Source: Acidimicrobiaceae bacterium (GTDB lineage Bacteria; Actinomycetota; Acidimicrobiia; Acidimicrobiales; RAAP-2). From it: DNA of 64,000 nt. The DNA is taken from positions 5,146 to 69,145 of the forward strand of contig PKYK01000033.1 of the NCBI GenBank assembly GCA_003133665.1. The letters run 5' to 3'. The notes under the pieces are model-generated. The model was given only the letters and a program-made list of their open reading frames with translations. It did no database searches and was not told the origin of the DNA. The translations under genes were made by a program, and so were the position numbers. How positions within the stretch are numbered: the stretch's first letter is position 1; the number at the start of each line of letters is the position of its first letter. Positions 39,062-48,472 of this stretch are shown here, in pieces.

Positions 39062-40515
39062 TGCTGGCCATCGCCCTGCTCGTCTTCCCCGCCGGCGCGG
39101 GTCTCGTCGCAGCGGCGACGCCGTGGCGCCGTTGGGTGGGCTGGCTCTGCACCGCGTCGCTCGTCACCGTGCTGGTGCTCGCCGTCGTGCTGTCGACCCA
39201 GGTCGTTCGCACGGGGCCGATCGGCGCCTTCGGCAGCGTGCTGCGCGTCGACGCCCTCAGCGCCTTCATGGCGATAGTGATCGGCGCCGTGGGTGCTCTC
39301 GCGACGTGTCAGAGTGTGCGCTACCTGGACAACGAGATCCGCATCGGGCGTTGCAGTGTTCGCCACGCGTCACTCTACGCCGTGCTGGTCCAAGGCTTCA
39401 TCAGCGCGATGTTGCTCGCGGTGCTGGCCGGCAACGTCGGCGTCATGTGGGTGGCGATCGAGGCCACGACCATCATCACGACCTTCCTCGTGGGGCACCG
39501 CCAAACCCGAGGATCGCTCGAAGCGTCGTGGAAGTACGTCATCATCTGCTCGGTGGGAATCGCCGTGGCCTTCCTCGGCACTGTGCTCGTGTACCTCGCC
39601 GAGCAGCACGTCGGCCACGGCCACGCCACGCTCACCTGGACCTCGCTACTGACCGTGTCGCATCACCTCAACCCCGGGGTCATGCGCATCGCCTTCGCCC
39701 TACTGGTGCTCGGCTACGGCACGAAGGTGGGCCTCGCCCCGATGCACAGTTGGCTCCCCGACGCCCACGGCCAGGCGCCGGCCCCGGTCTCGGCGCTGAT
39801 GTCGGGCGTCCTGCTGTCCGTGGCGTTCTACGCGCTCTTGCGGTTCAAGAGCATCGCCGATGGCGCACTCGGCGTCGCGTTCCCCCGGGGGCTGCTCCTG
39901 GCGGCGGGACTGCTGACACTGATCGTCGCCACCTCCTTGCTGATCAAGCAGCGCGACTACAAGCGAATGCTCGCCTACTCGAGCATGGAGCACATGGGCC
40001 TACTCGCCCTCGGGGCCGCCGCCGGGACGCCACTGGCCATCGCGGCCGTCCTGTTGCACATCCTCGGCCACGGACTCGCCAAGGGAGTGCTCTTTCTCAC
40101 TTCGGGCGAACTGCTCCACGTCGAAGGGACGAGCGACATCGACCAGATCAGGGCGCTGCTGGTCCGGCGCCCGGCACTCGGTGGACTGTTCGCCTTCGGA
40201 CTCGCGGCACTGCTCGGTCTGCCTCCCTTCAGCCTCTTCGTGAGCGAACTCAACATGATCCGCGCCGAGACCCGGGTCGGTCTCGGGTGGGTCGCGGTGT
40301 TCTCGCTCGTGTGCATGGCGGTGATCTTCGCCGCCCTGCTGACCCACGGACGCCGCATGCTGCTCGGCGCTCGCGAAGCGCACGAGCCGGTTCAGGCGAC
40401 GCCGGCGATCGTCACCGTTCCCCTGGTCGGCGCCCTCATCGCGTGCGCGGCCCTCGGCGTGCTGGCGTGGCCCCTCGGCGCCCTGTTGCACGCCGCCGCC
40501 CGGGTGGTGGTCTGA
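39061..40515 (+). CDS. hyfF: Antiporter-like subunit (HyfF/EhrD)
   Basis: WVAIEATT, EASWKY, GTKVGLAPMHSWLPDAH and KRMLAYSSMEH motifs. Confidence 0.88.
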   Translation: MLAIALLVFPAGAGLVAAATPWRRWVGWLCTASLVTVLVLAVVLSTQVVRTGPIGAFGSVLRVDALSAFMAIVIGAVGALATCQSVRYLDNEIRIGRCSVRHASLYAVLVQGFISAMLLAVLAGNVGVMWVAIEATTIITTFLVGHRQTRGSLEASWKYVIICSVGIAVAFLGTVLVYLAEQHVGHGHATLTWTSLLTVSHHLNPGVMRIAFALLVLGYGTKVGLAPMHSWLPDAHGQAPAPVSALMSGVLLSVAFYALLRFKSIADGALGVAFPRGLLLAAGLLTLIVATSLLIKQRDYKRMLAYSSMEHMGLLALGAAAGTPLAIAAVLLHILGHGLAKGVLFLTSGELLHVEGTSDIDQIRALLVRRPALGGLFAFGLAALLGLPPFSLFVSELNMIRAETRVGLGWVAVFSLVCMAVIFAALLTHGRRMLLGAREAHEPVQATPAIVTVPLVGALIACAALGVLAWPLGALLHAAARVVV

Positions 40516-42041
40516 TGACCGAGAGCCTCACCCGAACCGAACTGCTGTTGATCGAGCGGCCGAGCCGGGCCGTGGTCGACGTCGGCGCCGACGAACTGGT
40601 CGAGGCCGCCGCCCTGCTGCTCTCGAGCGGCTTCCGCCTCGCCCTGGTTGCCGGTCACGACGACGACGACGCCACGCTCAGGATCGTGTACCTCTTCGTC
40701 GGCGGTCCGCCCGACCAACGCTTCGAGCTCCACGTGCGGATCAGCCGGCTCGAGCCCCGAATTGCGTCGCTCGCCCACCTCTCGTTTCCCGCGGGCCGCT
40801 TCGAAAGGGAGCTGCGCGACCTCTTCGGCATCGAGCCGGTCGGACACCCCCAGCCCCGGCCGCTCGTGCTGCACCAACACTGGCCGGCCGCTTGGCACCC
40901 GATGCGCAAGGATGCCGAAACCCAGCCACCGATGAACCCCGACGCCAAGCCCTACCCCTTCGTCGCCGTCGAAGGTCCCGGGATCTACGAGATTCCGGTC
41001 GGACCGGTGCACGCGGGCGTGATTGAGCCCGGACACTTCCGTTTCTGGGTGGTCGGCGAGACCATCGTCAAGATGAAGGCCCGACTCTGGTTCACCCACA
41101 AGGGAGTGGAACGGCTCTTCGAAGGCCGGGACCTGGAGTCGGCGCTGCACCTCTCCGAGCGGATATCGGGCGACAGCGCGGTGGGTCACTCCCTGGCCTT
41201 CTGCATGGCCGTCGAGGAGGCTCTCGGCATTGCCGTGGCGCCGCGAACGGCCGAGCTGCGCGCCATCCTGCTTGAGCTCGAACGCCTGTACAACCACGTG
41301 GCCGACGTCGGCGCGCTCTGCAACGACGCCGGTTTCGGTCTGGCCAATGCGCACGCCCTGACCCTGCGCGAACGCCTCTTGCGGTTGAACGAGCAGGTCA
41401 CCGGTCACCGCTTGGCGCGCGGCGGGGTCCAGTACGGCGGCGCGGTGCTTCGCTCACTGCCCACCCTGAACGATCTCCGAGAGATCGGGCAGCGATTTCA
41501 CGAGATTGTCAATCTGGCTCGCTCCAACACCATCGTGATGGACCGTTTCACCGGCACCGGCGTCTTGAGCGCCACCCAGGCCCGCGAGATCGGCGTGCTC
41601 GGCGTCGCCGCACGAGCGTCGGGTCTCGCCCGCGACGCTCGGTACTCGCACCCGTTCGTCCAGTCCCCCGACACGTTCATGATGGCCTGCGCCGACGCCG
41701 GGGACGTGCTCGCGCGATTCCAGGTGCGCTGCGACGAAGTCGACGCTTCACTCGACATGCTGGCCGACTACGTGTCGCGGACCGGTGCGCTCAGCGTGGT
41801 CTCGTTCGAACACACGGGCGAGTCCACTCACCACGGAACCGGCATCGTCGAAGGTTGGCGCGGCGCGGTCGTCCACCGGGTCGAATTCGATGCCGCGGCA
41901 ACACTGTCGCGCGTGAAGATCGTCGATCCGTCGTTCCTGACCTGGCCGGCCCTCGCCGTCGCGCTCGCCGACACGATTGTCCCGGACTTTCCCCTAGTCA
42001 ACAAGAGTTTCAACCTGTCCTACGCCGGCAACGACCTGTAG
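40515..42041 (+). CDS. Ehr large subunit (NuoC-NuoD/HycE-like, no Ni-binding cysteines)
   Basis: FERELRDLFG and GPVHAGVIEPGHF; ERISGD and SFNLSYAGNDL stand in place of the two CxxC motifs. Confidence 0.88.
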   Translation: MTESLTRTELLLIERPSRAVVDVGADELVEAAALLLSSGFRLALVAGHDDDDATLRIVYLFVGGPPDQRFELHVRISRLEPRIASLAHLSFPAGRFERELRDLFGIEPVGHPQPRPLVLHQHWPAAWHPMRKDAETQPPMNPDAKPYPFVAVEGPGIYEIPVGPVHAGVIEPGHFRFWVVGETIVKMKARLWFTHKGVERLFEGRDLESALHLSERISGDSAVGHSLAFCMAVEEALGIAVAPRTAELRAILLELERLYNHVADVGALCNDAGFGLANAHALTLRERLLRLNEQVTGHRLARGGVQYGGAVLRSLPTLNDLREIGQRFHEIVNLARSNTIVMDRFTGTGVLSATQAREIGVLGVAARASGLARDARYSHPFVQSPDTFMMACADAGDVLARFQVRCDEVDASLDMLADYVSRTGALSVVSFEHTGESTHHGTGIVEGWRGAVVHRVEFDAAATLSRVKIVDPSFLTWPALAVALADTIVPDFPLVNKSFNLSYAGNDL

Positions 42042-42054
42042 GGCGTTCGCCGGC

Positions 42055-42082
42055 GTCGAAGGGTTTCCCGTCTCCCTTCGAC
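42055..42082 (+). terminator. Hairpin after the ehr operon
   Basis: GTCGAAGGG-N10-CCCTTCGAC, without a U-tract. Confidence 0.4.
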
Positions 42083-42277
42083 CACGCCGACTTCGGATCC
42101 GGGACCGCGAAATCCTTCGCGGGCTCGATGCGCGCCGTGCAAGCGAGCAATGAGCGCGGGCCGGCCCGCGAGGTCGGGGTGAATCCGCGAGCACCAAGAA
42201 CCAGCGGGTCGGCCCGCCTTCGTGGGTAGCATCGGACTGAAGCCAGACACGAAGTTGGTCTCAGCGAGGACCGATTG

Positions 42278-42463
42278 ATGGACGAAGTCGAGAACTGGGC
42301 CCGCGCCGCATTTCGCCAGGCGCACCTCGACGTTGACGACGACGACGTGGCCTTCGTGCAGTTGATCTACGCCGCCGCCATTGCCCAACTCCACGTACTC
42401 GACCAGATCGATCCAGATGAGTTCCCCGTCCGGGCGATCGACCCTAGCCACGCACCCGAATAG
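42278..42463 (+). CDS. Small acidic protein, GatC/AtzG-like amidase partner
   Basis: About 61 aa, preceded by GAGGA, ending 2 nt before the amidase start. Confidence 0.65.
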   Translation: MDEVENWARAAFRQAHLDVDDDDVAFVQLIYAAAIAQLHVLDQIDPDEFPVRAIDPSHAPE

Positions 42464-42465
42464 CC

Positions 42466-43791
42466 GTGAGCCACCCCCAGGATCTCTCCCTTCGCGAACA
42501 GGCCTCGGCCGTGCGCCGCGGCGACCTCGACGCGGGAGAGCTGCTGACGATGACGCTCGCGCGCATTGAAGAGCGCGACGGACCCATCAACTCAACCCCC
42601 GTCCTTTTCGAAGCGTCCAGTCGAACGATGCTCGCCGACGCACCCCGCGGACCGCTCCACGGCGTGCCGATCACGATGAAGGACATGTTCGCGCTGCCGT
42701 GGCGCGCCGCGCGCAACGGCACCCCGAGTGAACTGATCCCCGCCGCGGCCTCGGGTCCGTTTCGCCGCCTGCGCGACGCCGGCGCGGTGGTGGTGGGCGT
42801 CGCCAATCAACACGAGCTCGGCATGGGCACGACCGGGTCGATCTCAGCCTACGGACCGACGGGCAATCCTTGGAACCCGGACCACTGCGCCGGGGGGTCG
42901 TCGGGCGGCTCGGCCGCCGGCGTCTCGGCGCGGCTCGTGGCGGGAAGCCTCGGCAGCGACAGTGGCGGCTCGGCCCGGCTGCCCGCGGCCTACTGCGGCG
43001 TGGTCGGACTCAAACTGACCTACGGATCGCTGCCCTACGACCGGTACTTCGGCGCGGGCACGTCGTTCAGCGCACCGGGCGTAGTCGCCCGTGACGGCGC
43101 CGACGCGCGCCTGCTCGCCGAGACCCTGCTGGACCGCCCACTCGCGCGCCACAGCGGCGCCGAGCTGCGCGTCGGCGTCGTGCGAGATCCATTCTGGAGC
43201 GACGTCGACCTCGAAGTGGCGTCGGCCGCCGACTCCGCCCTGCGCGACGCCGGTTGGACGGTCGTCGAACTGCAGATCGAGCACCTGGAACTGGTCGGTG
43301 CCGCCGTGCTGTGCCGGCTGATCGCCGAAACCGGCATTCCGCCATCCTCGGTGCTGGCGACGTTGAGTCGACCCACCCGTGGCCTGTTGCTCGCCAGCCT
43401 GCTCGCACCGGCCCGATTGGTGCCGCGCGCCGATCGCGTCCGGGCGGCCGTTCGCCGGTCACTGGCGGAGGCCTTCACGTCGGTTGACCTGCTCGCCTGG
43501 CCGTGCGCGCCTACACCGGCACCGGCCCTGGCGGATCCCTGGGTGAGTCTGCCCTCGGGTCGAACGCTGGCCGACACCGCCAACCTGCGCCAAGCGTCGA
43601 TTGCGAACCTGTGCGGCGTGCCGGGAGTCTCACTCCCGGTTGGACTGCACTCGAGCGGCCTGCCTCTCGGGCTGCAGCTCCTCGCCCCCTGGGGCGCCGA
43701 GGCGTCGTTGCTCGACGCCGGCGAGCACCTGGAGCTCGTGACCGAACGGGCCTACGTGGAGCTGACACCACCGATCGCCCGGATCGGGTGA
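42466..43791 (+). CDS. Amidase signature family protein (GatA/AtzE-like)
   Basis: GPLHGVPITMKD, GGSSGGS and GSDSGGSARLPA motifs. Confidence 0.92.
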   Translation: MSHPQDLSLREQASAVRRGDLDAGELLTMTLARIEERDGPINSTPVLFEASSRTMLADAPRGPLHGVPITMKDMFALPWRAARNGTPSELIPAAASGPFRRLRDAGAVVVGVANQHELGMGTTGSISAYGPTGNPWNPDHCAGGSSGGSAAGVSARLVAGSLGSDSGGSARLPAAYCGVVGLKLTYGSLPYDRYFGAGTSFSAPGVVARDGADARLLAETLLDRPLARHSGAELRVGVVRDPFWSDVDLEVASAADSALRDAGWTVVELQIEHLELVGAAVLCRLIAETGIPPSSVLATLSRPTRGLLLASLLAPARLVPRADRVRAAVRRSLAEAFTSVDLLAWPCAPTPAPALADPWVSLPSGRTLADTANLRQASIANLCGVPGVSLPVGLHSSGLPLGLQLLAPWGAEASLLDAGEHLELVTERAYVELTPPIARIG

Positions 43792-43799
43792 CGAATGGC

Positions 43800-44660
43800 T
43801 CAACGCTGAACGCCGGGGTCCGCCAACGAGTCGTACACCTCGGGACGCCGAAGGTCCAGCACCGCGATCTGGGACCTTCTCCGCGCGACCTCCGCCAGGT
43901 CGAGGGTCGCCACCAGCACGTCCGGGCCATCGGCGAAGGACTCGGCCAGCACTTCGCCCCACGGTCCGACGATCATTGAGTGCCCGTACGTGGCGATCCC
44001 CTCCGCGGTCGTTCCCGCCTGGGCGGCCGCCACGACGAAGGCGTGATTCTCGATCGCCCGCGCCTTGACCAACACGTCCCAATGGGCCCGCCCCGTCACC
44101 GCGTTGAAGGCGGCGGGGATCGCCAACACGGACGCGCCGTGGACGGCCAGCCTTCGGTACAACTCGGGAAAACGGAGGTCGAAGCAGATCGACATGCCGA
44201 GTCGGAACCCCGGCAGATCCACCACGACCAATTGCTCACCGGGGACGATCGCGTCGGACTCGCGCTGGACCACCTCGCCGGGGACATCGATGTCGAAGAG
44301 GTGCGCCTTGCGGTACGTCGCCGCGATCAGTCCGTTCCCGTCGAGGATGACGCCCGTGTTGTAGCACCTTCCCTCTTCCGGTGATCGCTCCAACATGCTG
44401 CCAATGTGGACGGTGACCCCTCTGGCTTTCGCGACTTCGGCGAAACGCGAGGTCGTCGGTCCGGGAATGGTTTCACAGACTGCCGCAAAGCCCTTCGCCG
44501 GCCCCAAGTAGTTGAAGTACTCGGGCAGCTGGATGTACTTCGCTCCCCGGTCCGCCGCGCTGACGACCAGTTCGATCGCGGCGTCCACGTTCTTCGTCGG
44601 GTCCGAACCCGACGTCAGTTGCACCGCGGCGACATCGATCGTCACTCCCGACATCCTCAA
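43800..44660 (-). CDS. Carbon-nitrogen hydrolase (Nit1-like)
   Basis: LPE, YRKAHLFD, ICFDLRFPE and ARAIEN motifs. Confidence 0.94.
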   Translation of the reverse strand: MRMSGVTIDVAAVQLTSGSDPTKNVDAAIELVVSAADRGAKYIQLPEYFNYLGPAKGFAAVCETIPGPTTSRFAEVAKARGVTVHIGSMLERSPEEGRCYNTGVILDGNGLIAATYRKAHLFDIDVPGEVVQRESDAIVPGEQLVVVDLPGFRLGMSICFDLRFPELYRRLAVHGASVLAIPAAFNAVTGRAHWDVLVKARAIENHAFVVAAAQAGTTAEGIATYGHSMIVGPWGEVLAESFADGPDVLVATLDLAEVARRRSQIAVLDLRRPEVYDSLADPGVQR

Positions 44661-44832
44661 CGACCCTCCTCGGTACTCTTCGCGTTCACTTCAAGTTACC
44701 GTTGGAGATCGAGCCCCGCGTTGCTGCGCTTCCCAACAGGTTGTCGACGGCCGTCACGAGCGCCATCATCCGACGTCTCCCTGGGTCGGTTCCGCGGCGT
44801 TCACTCGACGTTGTCGAGACCGGCGATCCGAA

Positions 44833-46158
44833 TCACTCGGAACCTTCGTTCAGTTCCGTGAGAACCGCCGCAATCGTCTCGAGCAGCGCCGAAGCGGGAG
44901 CGTAGGTCGCCAGTCGAGCGCCCGCACGGCCGTGCAGGTGCGCGGCGAGGGCGGCGCCGGACAGGGGGTCGTGACCACGGGCGATGGTCGCGGCGATGAG
45001 ACCGGACAACACGTCACCGGACCCGGCCGTGGCGAGGGCCGCGGTCCCGGACCGCACGACCCGCACGGTGCCCGCCGGATCGGCCAGCACCGTCGTCGGC
45101 CCCTTCAACAGCACGACGCAGCCCGTCTCGCGGGCCAGATCCCGCACGGCGTCGATGCGGTTCGGGGGGAGGGCCCGGCCGGTGAATCGAGCGAACTCGC
45201 CCTCGTGAGGAGTGAGGATCCAGCGACTCGCCGGCGTCGACTCGAGCGGCAACAGTGTTCTGTCGAGTCCGTCGGCGTCGAGGACGACGGGCACGTGGAC
45301 GTCGGCCAGCCGGTCGCGAAGCCATGACCCCGCGTCGGCACCGAGTCCCGGACCCGCTACGACGGCGCGGCACCGCGGATCCACCGCCAACTCAACGCTG
45401 TGCACCACCTCTGGGGGCAGTCGGACGAGGCCGGCAACGTCACCGCGACTGACCAGGCGGATCATCGAGGCGCCGCCCGCCAATGCGCCACGCACCACCA
45501 ATTCGGCGGCGCCCGGCATCAGTGGCGAACCGACGAGCACCTGGACCGCGTGCGCCCACTTGTGATCGTTCGGACTGCTCTCGACCAGCGTCGCGAGATC
45601 GCCGTCCTCCATCAGGCCGTCGTCGAAGGCCCGCACGATGCCGAGGCCCGCGAATCGGAGCTCCCCCACCAGAGCCGCCGAGGGGCCGCTCAGGTGCGCA
45701 GGCTTCAACGCACCAATCGCGAGCGTCACGTCAGCGCGCAGTGGCGAGCCGAGGATCTCGCCGGAGTCGCTGTCCACGCCCGAGGGAAGGTCGACGGCCA
45801 GCACCTTCGTGCCGGCGGCGACGCCCGGTGCCACGTAGGGGCGCGAACAGCCGACGCCGAACGCCGCGTCGATGACCATGCCGTACCCGTCGAGTGACGA
45901 CGGCTGGTGCGCTACTTCGATGACGTCGACTCGGGCGCCGCGCGACACCAGCCATTCGGCCGCGACGCGGCCGTCAGCGCCATTGAGGCCGGGTCCGGCG
46001 AGCACCGCGACGCGCGCACCGTAGCAGGAACCCAGCAGACGTTTCGCCTCGAGACCGACTGCGGTGCCCGCGGCGTGGACCAGCGCGTCCGTGCCCCGCT
46101 GGGACACCGCGACCGCGTCGGCCTCGCGCATCTTCTCGACGGAGAGGATTGGGATCAC
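44833..46158 (-). CDS. nnr: Bifunctional NAD(P)H-hydrate epimerase/dehydratase
   Basis: GPGLNGADG, AVDLPSG, GPGLG, LDADG, LTPHEGE and ATAGSGDVLSG motifs. Confidence 0.92.
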   Translation of the reverse strand: MIPILSVEKMREADAVAVSQRGTDALVHAAGTAVGLEAKRLLGSCYGARVAVLAGPGLNGADGRVAAEWLVSRGARVDVIEVAHQPSSLDGYGMVIDAAFGVGCSRPYVAPGVAAGTKVLAVDLPSGVDSDSGEILGSPLRADVTLAIGALKPAHLSGPSAALVGELRFAGLGIVRAFDDGLMEDGDLATLVESSPNDHKWAHAVQVLVGSPLMPGAAELVVRGALAGGASMIRLVSRGDVAGLVRLPPEVVHSVELAVDPRCRAVVAGPGLGADAGSWLRDRLADVHVPVVLDADGLDRTLLPLESTPASRWILTPHEGEFARFTGRALPPNRIDAVRDLARETGCVVLLKGPTTVLADPAGTVRVVRSGTAALATAGSGDVLSGLIAATIARGHDPLSGAALAAHLHGRAGARLATYAPASALLETIAAVLTELNEGSE

Positions 46159-46371
46159 GTGCCCTCTCCTCGCATCATTGCCGGCGCACTCGGCGCACGC
46201 TCGTGTTGCGTGAAGGGTCTGCGTGGCTCACAACGCAAGTGGAAAAACCTGGCTTCTCTTGAACTCGGTGCCACGACTCGAGGCTACTCAGAAGAGGGGT
46301 GCTCGCGGTTTCTTCCGGGGTGCACGGTGGTGGTCTCGACCCGTCGGGCGGCCCTTCGTCCAAAGCGGTAA

Positions 46372-46782
46372 TCAGCCCGTACTGGATGTCAGTTCTGTGA
46401 GGAGTGTCTGCACCCTTCGGTCGATCTCGTTGACGATCGGCCGAACCTGTTCCACTGATCCGCCTGCAGGGTCTGCAAGGTCCCAATCGACGTAGCGCTT
46501 GCCCGGAAAGACCGGGCACGTATCCCCGCACCCCATCGTGACGATCACGTCCGCGATGCGGGCGGTTTCGTCAGTGAGGGGCTTCGGGAATTCCTGAGAC
46601 GCGTCGAGCCCCCGCTCGTGCAGGATCTGGACGACCGACGGGTTGAGTTGAGATGCCGGCTCGGATCCAGCGGAGCGAACATCGACCCGGCCGTTCGCGT
46701 AATGCTCGAGCAGGACCCGCGCTGCCAGGCTGCGGCCGGCGTTGTGTGTACAGAGAAACAACACGACGGGAGTGTCAGTCAC
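46372..46782 (-). CDS. arsC: Arsenate reductase (LMW-PTP fold)
   Basis: FLCTHNAGRS, TMGCGDTCP and DWDLADP motifs; located in the ars cluster. Confidence 0.92.
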   Translation of the reverse strand: MTDTPVVLFLCTHNAGRSLAARVLLEHYANGRVDVRSAGSEPASQLNPSVVQILHERGLDASQEFPKPLTDETARIADVIVTMGCGDTCPVFPGKRYVDWDLADPAGGSVEQVRPIVNEIDRRVQTLLTELTSSTG

Positions 46783-47902
46783 GGCGCTCCAATTGATCAG
46801 TGGATGCCATGGGGGCCGGATAGAGACGTCGTTTGGCCCATAGCGACACGTACACCAAGGCGACGAGGACCGGTACCTCGATGAGCGGGCCGACGACGCC
46901 GGCGAGGGCCTCCCCGCTCGTCACGCCAAAGACTCCGATGGCGACCGCGATCGCCAGTTCGAAGTTGTTGCCGGCTGCGGTGAACGCCAAGGTCGCGGTC
47001 CGCTCGTACGGCAGTCCGATCGCCCTGCCGAGGGCGAACGACCCGAACCACATGATCGCGAAGTAGCACAGCAGCGGAAGGGCGATGCGAGCGACGTCCG
47101 CGGGACGCGAGGTGATCGTGTGGCCTTGGAGCGCGAACAGGATGACGATCGTGTAGAGCAGGCCGTAGAGAGCGAAGGGGGCGATCCGGGGCAGCAGGAA
47201 GGACTCGTACCATTCACGTCCCCGGACCCTTTCGCCGATCGTGCGGGTGAGGTACCCGGCAACGAGCGGGATGCCGAGGAAAATGGCGACGGTTTCGGCG
47301 ATGCGCCCGATGGACAGATGCAACCCAACCGTGCTGAGGCCGAGCCACCCCGGCAGCACTTTCAGGTAGAAGTAGCCGAGGAGCGCGAAGGCGAATATCT
47401 GAAACAGCGAGTTGAGCGCGACCAGTACCGCTGCGGCTTCCCGGTCGCCGCCCGACAGGTCGTTCCAGATCAGGACCATCGCGATGCATCGGGCAAGCCC
47501 GACAATGATCAGACCGGTCCGGTACGTGGGCAGGTCGGGCAACAGCAGCCACGCCAGCGCGAACATGACGGCCGGACCAACGACCCAGTTGAGCACCAGG
47601 GAGGAGACCAGCATCCGCCGGTCTCGAGTGACCGAACCGAGCCGGTCGAAGCGGACTTTCGCGAGAACCGGGTACATCATGACGAGCAGACCGACGAAGA
47701 TGGGCAACGGCGTACCCGACGTCACCTGGATCGCATTGAGATGCGAGTTGAGACTGGGGATCGCCCTGCCAAGCCAGATGCCAGCGATCATCGCCAGAAT
47801 GATCCACACCGGCAGGAACCGATCGAGAAACGAGAGCCGTGCCACAACCGGGGCGACGTGGGTTTCGTCGCTCACCGGATGTTCGAATACCTGGTCACTC
47901 AT
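46775..47902 (-). CDS. acr3: ACR3 arsenite efflux transporter
   Basis: LSFLDRFL, MMYPVLAKV, GLARCIAMV, GNNFELAIAV and GPLIEVP motifs. Confidence 0.96.
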   Translation of the reverse strand: MSDQVFEHPVSDETHVAPVVARLSFLDRFLPVWIILAMIAGIWLGRAIPSLNSHLNAIQVTSGTPLPIFVGLLVMMYPVLAKVRFDRLGSVTRDRRMLVSSLVLNWVVGPAVMFALAWLLLPDLPTYRTGLIIVGLARCIAMVLIWNDLSGGDREAAAVLVALNSLFQIFAFALLGYFYLKVLPGWLGLSTVGLHLSIGRIAETVAIFLGIPLVAGYLTRTIGERVRGREWYESFLLPRIAPFALYGLLYTIVILFALQGHTITSRPADVARIALPLLCYFAIMWFGSFALGRAIGLPYERTATLAFTAAGNNFELAIAVAIGVFGVTSGEALAGVVGPLIEVPVLVALVYVSLWAKRRLYPAPMASTDQLERRD

Positions 47903-47933
47903 GGCAGGTCTTCAGTGACGGTCCGATGAGAAG

Positions 47934-48392
47934 TCAGCAGCATGGAGTGGATCCAGTCGTTTCTAGCGCTGGCGGGGTACAGCATTGGACCCCCGTGGTC
48001 GACACCGAACCGAGCGAGCTCTCTTTGGGAGCATCAGCGAGCACCGTGTAGACCTCCCATCGCGCGCCGTCAGGCCCGTCAACCCACACCTTGTCCTGAA
48101 CCGCGAAGCAACAGGTGGTCTGTTCTTCGACGTCAGTAGCAAGCCCGACGCCCGAGAGGTACTTGGTCGCATCGCGGACTTCCGCGGTCGTGAAGACCTC
48201 GACGCCCAGGTGGTTGATTGAACCGGGAACGCCGCCACCCTCGATGAGGACCAGCTTGAGGGGCGGCTCGTCAATGGCGAAATTCGCGTAGCCGGGACGG
48301 ACCTTGGCCGGCGCGGTGCGGAACAGTTTGGAGTAGAAGTCGATCGCCTCGTCGAGCTTCGAGACATTGAGGGCCAGTTGGATCCGTGACAT
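47934..48392 (-). CDS. arsI: ArsI/CadI family glyoxalase-like protein
   Basis: MSRIQLALNV, PAKVRPGYANF and CCFAVQDKVWV motifs. Confidence 0.88.
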   Translation of the reverse strand: MSRIQLALNVSKLDEAIDFYSKLFRTAPAKVRPGYANFAIDEPPLKLVLIEGGGVPGSINHLGVEVFTTAEVRDATKYLSGVGLATDVEEQTTCCFAVQDKVWVDGPDGARWEVYTVLADAPKESSLGSVSTTGVQCCTPPALETTGSTPCC

Positions 48393-48407
48393 CGCTACCT
48401 CCGGTAG

Positions 48408-48457
48408 ATTGATGATCGTCAATGAACACTATTGTTGATTCATCGACGTTTGTCAAT
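48408..48457. promoter_or_regulatory. Two ArsR-type operators between divergent arsI and arsR
   Basis: ATTGATGATCGTCAAT at 48408-48423 and ATCGACGTTTGTCAAT at 48442-48457. Confidence 0.7.
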
Positions 48458-48472
48458 AGTAAGGTCGGGTTC

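Noticed and set aside
38865-42041. Apparent 1058-aa fusion protein
   Set aside because: The first ~550 aa are Arg/Pro-rich off-frame sequence over hyfE and hyfF; the real gene starts at ATG 40515.
34940-42041. True [NiFe] group 4 hydrogenase or formate hydrogenlyase
   Set aside because: Both Ni-binding CxxC motifs are missing and there are no maturation genes.
42176-42185. GGGGTGAATC resembling part of the c-di-AMP (ydaO) riboswitch
   Set aside because: No GGAACC or CCCGTCAGCTAAC segments nearby.
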